Shown piece by piece: positions 59,200-64,000 of a stretch of 64,000 bases of DNA. Location of the stretch: contig MCFE01000067.1 of the NCBI GenBank assembly GCA_002104905.1, positions 124,001-188,000 on the forward strand, given 5' to 3'. The translations under genes and the position numbers were made by a program. The notes below the pieces were generated by a model that was not told the origin of the DNA, searched no databases, and saw only the letters and a list, made by a program, of their open reading frames with translations. How positions within the stretch are numbered: the stretch's first letter is position 1; every line of letters begins with the position of its first letter. The stretch is from Basidiobolus meristosporus CBS 931.73. Taxonomy: Eukaryota; Fungi; Basidiobolomycota.

Positions 59200-62049
59200 C
59201 TAGAACCTCTCTAATAAGTAATCTAATTTATGTTTTGTTTCATCTCTTATGTTTGTTTCAATAAAGTAAAGTTCATCAGGGGTAAATATAAAATTCAGGG
59301 GTTTTGGGGGAAGTACAAATTGTAGATGTTTCTGATCAATATAATCCAAGACTGGAACCCAGCCTGGGATTAGGTGTAGTAGGAAAGGTGTGTGGACTTG
59401 TAAGTAGCTCTGCCACATAGATCTTAGATGGTCCTGAGCCAGTAGTCTTGGTTTCTCAGCTTTTTGAAGTTTTGAAGCAAGCTCTGTTACTACAGCAGAG
59501 CCAACCAGGGTGTGCCAGCAAGAAGATTTCAGGGAGGAGTTAGATTGAAGCCATTGTTTGATGGAGGGGTTATGTGATTTCTGAAGTTTGACTAGGAAGG
59601 AAGCACGGAGATAGACCATTCGGATTTGGTATGGGTAGAAGCCAAAGGCTCCATTAGTTGCATGGATATAGGGAGATACTGGAAGATAAGGTACCAAGGA
59701 TCTGATACACTGATGGAGAAATTTATCCAGGCGGTGAAGTTCTCTGGAGGTTAGGGGTATAATGTGGAGACCAAACTCAAGTACCGGCAGTACATACTGC
59801 TTCAGAAGTATAGGGATCTTTTGAATTGGAGTGTCTGGAGTGACTACTACCAGAAGCTTTTTGAGAGCCTGTTGAGCAAGACGGATCCTATTATTCAGGT
59901 GGAGCTTTGAGTCAATCCCATGTTGACAAAATGGCAGACCTAGATATATTGCAGTTTGTTGTGGCAGAATGCTAGTGTTCTGTATAGTTGTAGTGCATCC
60001 AATTGGGACTGTCTTGGAAATTGAGAGTGAGAGGTTGTTGGCAGCCAAGTACTTCTCAATGATGGCAGTATCTGCTATGGGATTAGGAGTAGCAATCTTG
60101 ATATCATCCGCATAGAGAGTTAGTAGTGGATAGGGAGAGTCTGGTGAGGGGCCTTTTGGAAATAAAGGAAAGTCATGTAGGAATATCACAAATAGTAAGG
60201 GACCTAGTACAGATCCTTGGACCACTCCATTTGGAACCTCATAAGTCTCTGATGTACAACTTGGATGCAAAATTTTGGCTGAGTTCTCACAAAATAGAGA
60301 ACGTACAAGAAGGGTCATTGGTAGTGTGGTAACTGCTAATAGCTTTCTCCAAAGCAGAGCTCTGTCCACAGAGTCAAAGGCTTTAGTAATGTCAAACAGA
60401 ATGGTTGGCAATGAGAATTGAAGTGAATGATCATGGCTTAGCACTACAGCCATATCCAAGGAGAGTTTGGGCAAGAAGCCAAACTGAGAAGGATGGAATG
60501 GATATAGTTGAGATTGCAAGGATCTTGCAATTATAAGCTCAAAGATTTTCCGGCAGGTTGGCAGGAGTGAAACTGGCCGGTAAGAACCTGGGAGTGAGTG
60601 TTTCCCCTTCCCTTTGTATAAGGGCATTACATTTGCCTGTGACCAGGCCTTTGGGGTAGTCAATTGTTGGGCACAGATAGAGTAGAATGGGAGAAGTAAG
60701 TGACTCATTTTGGAGTAGCACACCCGGAGTAGATCGTAGGTAATCAAGTCATGTCCAGGTGCAGTATTTGCAGGAAGCTTCTTTAAAATTTTCTCCAGAA
60801 GCTTTGCTGAAACCAAAATTGGAGATGTTGGACTGCTAGATATGTTACCAGTATGGTAGAAAGGAGGAGTGGGATGCACGGTTGAATCAAAGAATATAGG
60901 GGCCAGTTTGTCTGGTGATGGTATACTCCTTGCTTGGGGTCTCATGGCTTTATATACTCTTGATATGGACCTTGTGGTGGCATTCATATTTACTAAGGGC
61001 AAGGTATCCATGATATGAGCCCATAATCTAGTGTGCTCAGTGATCTGTAGTGACTTGGAGTAGGAGATTGCGCTTTCCAGGAGGTTCTGTGTTTTTGGGT
61101 TAGGGAAACATAGGTAGCTGGAATTTAAGGCAGAAATGATGGATTTCCATTTAAGTTGGTTTGCAGATGGCTTTTGGTAAGACTTGGTGGGCAGGGCCAG
61201 ACAGCCAGTGATTATGATGAAATGCTGGTAAAATAGCCATAATGCATTTACATCATCACAAATCCATGCAGGTAAGCTGGGAAATGCATATTCTGTAAGC
61301 AAGGATAGGTAGTTGGCAAAGTCCTGTGTCTGTGATACTGAAGCTTTGGCTGGCAGGATTGTAAATGGCTGAAGAAGGGTGCCAATTGGTAGGGTTTTTC
61401 TGGCAGAAATGATAATATGTATTGGCTTGTGATCAGATTTCTCTAGTGAACCACAGCTGATATCCTCTGGAATGCTTGTAACCTGGTGGATGTATTGTAA
61501 GGCAGCTGGAGTAGCTGTTACCCAGTCAACACAACGTTGAGCTTGCTGAGTGTTTACAGTGACCAGATGGTTTTGTCGGAGGAACTTTGTAAAGTGCTCC
61601 TCTCTAGTTCTAAGTCTGGATGAAATAGTGGTGATATTTTCAGGGTGGGGAATATTTATATCTCCCACTACCATACAAGGGATTGATGAGCTGTTAATGA
61701 ATTCTGATGTGGCCAAGAAAATTGCCAGTGTTATGGAGTTAGACAGAGATGGAGGGAGATAGATAATAATGGCTACTATAGTTGGAAGTGTTAGAGCATA
61801 GCAGTAATACTCATAGATGATGGATACATTTGCTGAGGGTGCAAGCTTAGAAGATGAAAGAGCAACAAGTGCCATTGAGTGAGCTGGAAGTCTTGGGTGA
61901 GCAGATGAATATGCATTCAGTCTAGAGGGAAGTTTTGGCAACTTAACATCAATTAGTAGGAGCAAGGAATATTCCTTTTTCAGTAAGTTTTCTAATTCAG
62001 CTACAGTTGGAGTGATGGAGTTGCAATTGAGTAAGAGTATGTTTTGTAG
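59200..62049 (-). CDS. Family B ORF2: AP-endonuclease + reverse transcriptase (frame open from the ORF1 stop; no ATG before the APE motifs)
   Basis: APE: ILLLNCNSI, LLLIDVK, IYLPP, VVGDIN, VDWV, SDHKPI. RT: APGHD, YRPVSLLP, QFGF, FDITKAFDSV, GVVQGSVLGP, YADD. Confidence 0.9.
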   Translation of the reverse strand, partial: LQNILLLNCNSITPTVAELENLLKKEYSLLLLIDVKLPKLPSRLNAYSSAHPRLPAHSMALVALSSSKLAPSANVSIIYEYYCYALTLPTIVAIIIYLPPSLSNSITLAIFLATSEFINSSSIPCMVVGDINIPHPENITTISSRLRTREEHFTKFLRQNHLVTVNTQQAQRCVDWVTATPAALQYIHQVTSIPEDISCGSLEKSDHKPIHIIISARKTLPIGTLLQPFTILPAKASVSQTQDFANYLSLLTEYAFPSLPAWICDDVNALWLFYQHFIIITGCLALPTKSYQKPSANQLKWKSIISALNSSYLCFPNPKTQNLLESAISYSKSLQITEHTRLWAHIMDTLPLVNMNATTRSISRVYKAMRPQARSIPSPDKLAPIFFDSTVHPTPPFYHTGNISSSPTSPILVSAKLLEKILKKLPANTAPGHDLITYDLLRVCYSKMSHLLLPFYSICAQQLTTPKAWSQANVMPLYKGKGKHSLPGSYRPVSLLPTCRKIFELIIARSLQSQLYPFHPSQFGFLPKLSLDMAVVLSHDHSLQFSLPTILFDITKAFDSVDRALLWRKLLAVTTLPMTLLVRSLFCENSAKILHPSCTSETYEVPNGVVQGSVLGPLLFVIFLHDFPLFPKGPSPDSPYPLLTLYADDIKIATPNPIADTAIIEKYLAANNLSLSISKTVPIGCTTTIQNTSILPQQTAIYLGLPFCQHGIDSKLHLNNRIRLAQQALKKLLVVVTPDTPIQKIPILLKQYVLPVLEFGLHIIPLTSRELHRLDKFLHQCIRSLVPYLPVSPYIHATNGAFGFYPYQIRMVYLRASFLVKLQKSHNPSIKQWLQSNSSLKSSCWHTLVGSAVVTELASKLQKAEKPRLLAQDHLRSMWQSYLQVHTPFLLHLIPGWVPVLDYIDQKHLQFVLPPKPLNFIFTPDELYFIETNIRDETKHKLDYLLERF

Positions 62050-63677
62050 TCAGGCAGACTCTGAGGTTGCCTGTTCCTGCTGAAACTCTTGCACTGCCCT
62101 TTGTAAATTTCCAGAATTATTCCACAACTCTTCAAATGGAGCTTGTGTAATGTCTTTCAGGATTCTAATTGCTTCCTCTTTCAAGAAGTAGGCCACATCA
62201 TAGGTTGGAGCCTGTTTCTTAATGGCAGCAAAGAAAGCCATAATTGCCATGTGAGCTGGGGGCTTGTTGAATATTCCTGGCTCAGTGTCCATTGACTCTG
62301 GTGGAATGATTGTGAATTTGGTAGACACCCAGTTTAGATTTTTTGCCAGATACTTAGTCAATGCAGTGGAGAAGTTTCTGTCCACAATCATTTCTAGGAT
62401 CTTTCCTCTTCTCCAAGCTAGGTTAACAATTTTTGAAGTGTCAATATTTAGAGAGCGGAATGTATGTCTGATGTTTGATATAGTAGTCCATGGAACATTG
62501 GCAAAGTATAGCAAGGACCAATTCTGGAGCTGAGGTAAGTTTGCTGGAGGCTTATAGGTAGACTTCCTGGCAGGTTGTGTGGTAGGCTTTAGTGTTTCCA
62601 AGGTAGCAAGTTGTGGTTGAGACTTTTTAGAATTACGTATGACTTTGGAAAGAATTCTGCCAGCAACTGTGTCAGGAATGTTAGTACTTGTTGATGGTGC
62701 AGGGCCTGGCTCCTGGTACTGCTTTTGTAGAATACTTGAGTATGTCTCTTTTTGTTTTCCTTTATCCAAGGTGCTATGCCTTGGAATGGGATTTTGGGGA
62801 ATAGAGACTTCAGGTATCAACTCTGGGGTCTGGTGATTGTCCAACACTGTTGCTTGAGCTTCCAGCTTTTCCTCTAAGATTTGAACTCTCTGCTTAAGCT
62901 CATCATTTGACGCTATAAGTGTGCATTGTTTGGAGCCAGGTCAGGTGTTGAGTTATGAAGGCAGGTTGAGCAGCGTTCTAACTCCTTTGTTTGGTCATCC
63001 AACTTTTCTTCTAAGGTTTGAACCCTCAATTTGAGTGCACCATTTGAGGTTAGAAGCTCCAAGTTATCAGCCTGCAACTTCTTTAGATCCCTAAATATCT
63101 CAAATATCTGTGCCTGCAAGTCTTTAGCAGTGATATTTCTGATGGGTACTATTTCCTCTAGGAGTTCTTCTTGAGCCAGGTGAGCATTGGGACTTGAGCA
63201 CTCTACTGAAGGAGTTGCTGGAATTTCCTCAATGTCTGACAAAACTCCTTCACTTGCAGCATCAGTTGTATGATTATCCTGAGTAGCAGCAACAACCTCA
63301 AGTTCACAAGGACCAGTTGAAGTAAAACATTTCTTGGGTGGGACTATCTCAAGAGGCTTGGGTGGGACTTTTGCTTTGAATGGTGAGGTACTAGGATCAA
63401 GAATTGGGACTGGGACAGAAGCTATGGTGTCTATTTCAGCAGCAGTTGCTGTAGAGCTACTGGGGCTCTGACTGGCTGGTTTTTTGGTCTTTGCCTTCAC
63501 TCCTGCTACCAACTGGTCAAGACCACAAATCTTTGTACAGGCCTTGCATTGGACCTGCGTAACCTTATTCTTGCCAGCACAGCCATTGAGCTTCCATTTG
63601 CCTCTGACACCACAGGCAGTGCAGTCAAGTTTTGAATGCCATCTTCTGAAGAGAGTCAGATCCTCTTTTTCCTCACT
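62050..63677 (-). CDS. Family B ORF1 (CxxC..CxxC zinc ribbon, duplicated coiled coil, conserved C-terminal domain); 1-nt frameshift near 62915-62925; 5'-truncated
   Basis: ORFs 62913-63512 and 62050-62847 join by a -1 shift (NAH|LIASNDELKQRVQILEE); frame stays open upstream to the junction and encodes CTACG...CKACTKIC. Confidence 0.75.
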
Positions 63678-64000
63678 GGGTTAGGGGAGGGAAAGTCACC
63701 AAGTTGGTGAAATCTTTATTTGAGTTAAGAACTAATCTAAGTACAAGTAAAGAAGCCAATTCAGAGGTCTAGAACCTCTCTAATAAGTAATCTAATTTAT
63801 GTTTTGTTTCATCTCTAATGTTTGTTTCAATAAAGTAAAGCTCATCAGGGGTAAATATAAAATTCAGGGGTTTTGGGGGGAGTACAAATTGTAGATGTTT
63901 CTGATCAATATAATCCAAGACTGGAACCCAGCCTGGGATTAGGTGCAGTAGGAAAGGTGTATGGACTTGTAAGTAGCTCTGCCACATAGATCTTAGATGG
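63678..64000 (-). mobile_element. Telomere-junction LINE family B, copy 2 (3' end; runs off the window)
   Basis: High identity to 59112-59435; begins GGGTTAGGGG. Confidence 0.9.

Larger units (their letters stand above)
59112..63677 (-). mobile_element. Telomere-junction LINE family B, copy 1 (~4.57 kb, near full length: ORF1 + APE-RT)
   Basis: TTAGGGG at the 3' junction; ORF2 with APE and RT; ORF1 upstream; 5' end cut inside ORF1 by GGGTTAGGGG. Confidence 0.92.

Noticed and set aside
54806-63677. Classifying the terminal elements as endonuclease-deficient Penelope-like (Athena/Coprina) or as telomerase
   Set aside because: RT motifs (QFGF, DITKAFDSV, GVVQGSVLGP, [YF]ADD) and an upstream APE domain in family B are of non-LTR LINE type.
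51919-63760. Recurring palindromic junction motif as a CRISPR-like array
   Set aside because: Eukaryotic context, kilobase irregular spacing, and each motif is the 3' UTR of a retroelement.

Overview
Eukaryotic (fungal) DNA, most consistent with an early-diverging fungus (short GT-AG introns, GC-rich housekeeping exons, TTAGGG repeats, hevein-domain chitin deacetylase); the species cannot be determined from sequence alone. Layout: (1) 1-4.6 kb, a nest of decayed Ty1/copia fragments and LTRs. (2) 4.9-30.7 kb, a compact block of SNX4/ATG24, RPS21, PAT1, COX7C-like, mitochondrial mS45/Bot1, a small HSF-domain protein, nitrate reductase, RPS23, BMS1, an SRSF7-like SR protein, cytosolic Asp-tRNA synthetase and CDS1. 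(3) 31-41 kb, a tandem array of 7 intact and 1 pseudogenised small secreted proteins with a duplicated Cys-bracketed motif, interleaved with 4 identical tRNA-Pro(CGG) genes. (4) 43-51 kb, an UNC93-like MFS gene, solo LTRs, a tRNA-Arg relic and a 5x CBM18 chitin deacetylase. (5) 51.9-64 kb, the most striking part: a head-to-tail chain of 5'-truncated non-LTR retroelements, all on the minus strand with 3' ends facing the genes, each joined to its neighbour by 1-3 TTAGGG repeats or a G-run and no poly(A). Three families are present: A (RT), B (ORF1 + APE-RT, separated by a single in-frame UGA-CUA) and C (ORF1 only). All share a covarying double-hairpin 3' terminus that ends in CCCUAA. This looks like a Drosophila HeT-A/TART-style telomeric retrotransposon system in a fungus. 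The chromosome end itself is not inside the window and novelty could not be checked against databases. Exon boundaries were read by eye; coordinates may be off by a few bases.
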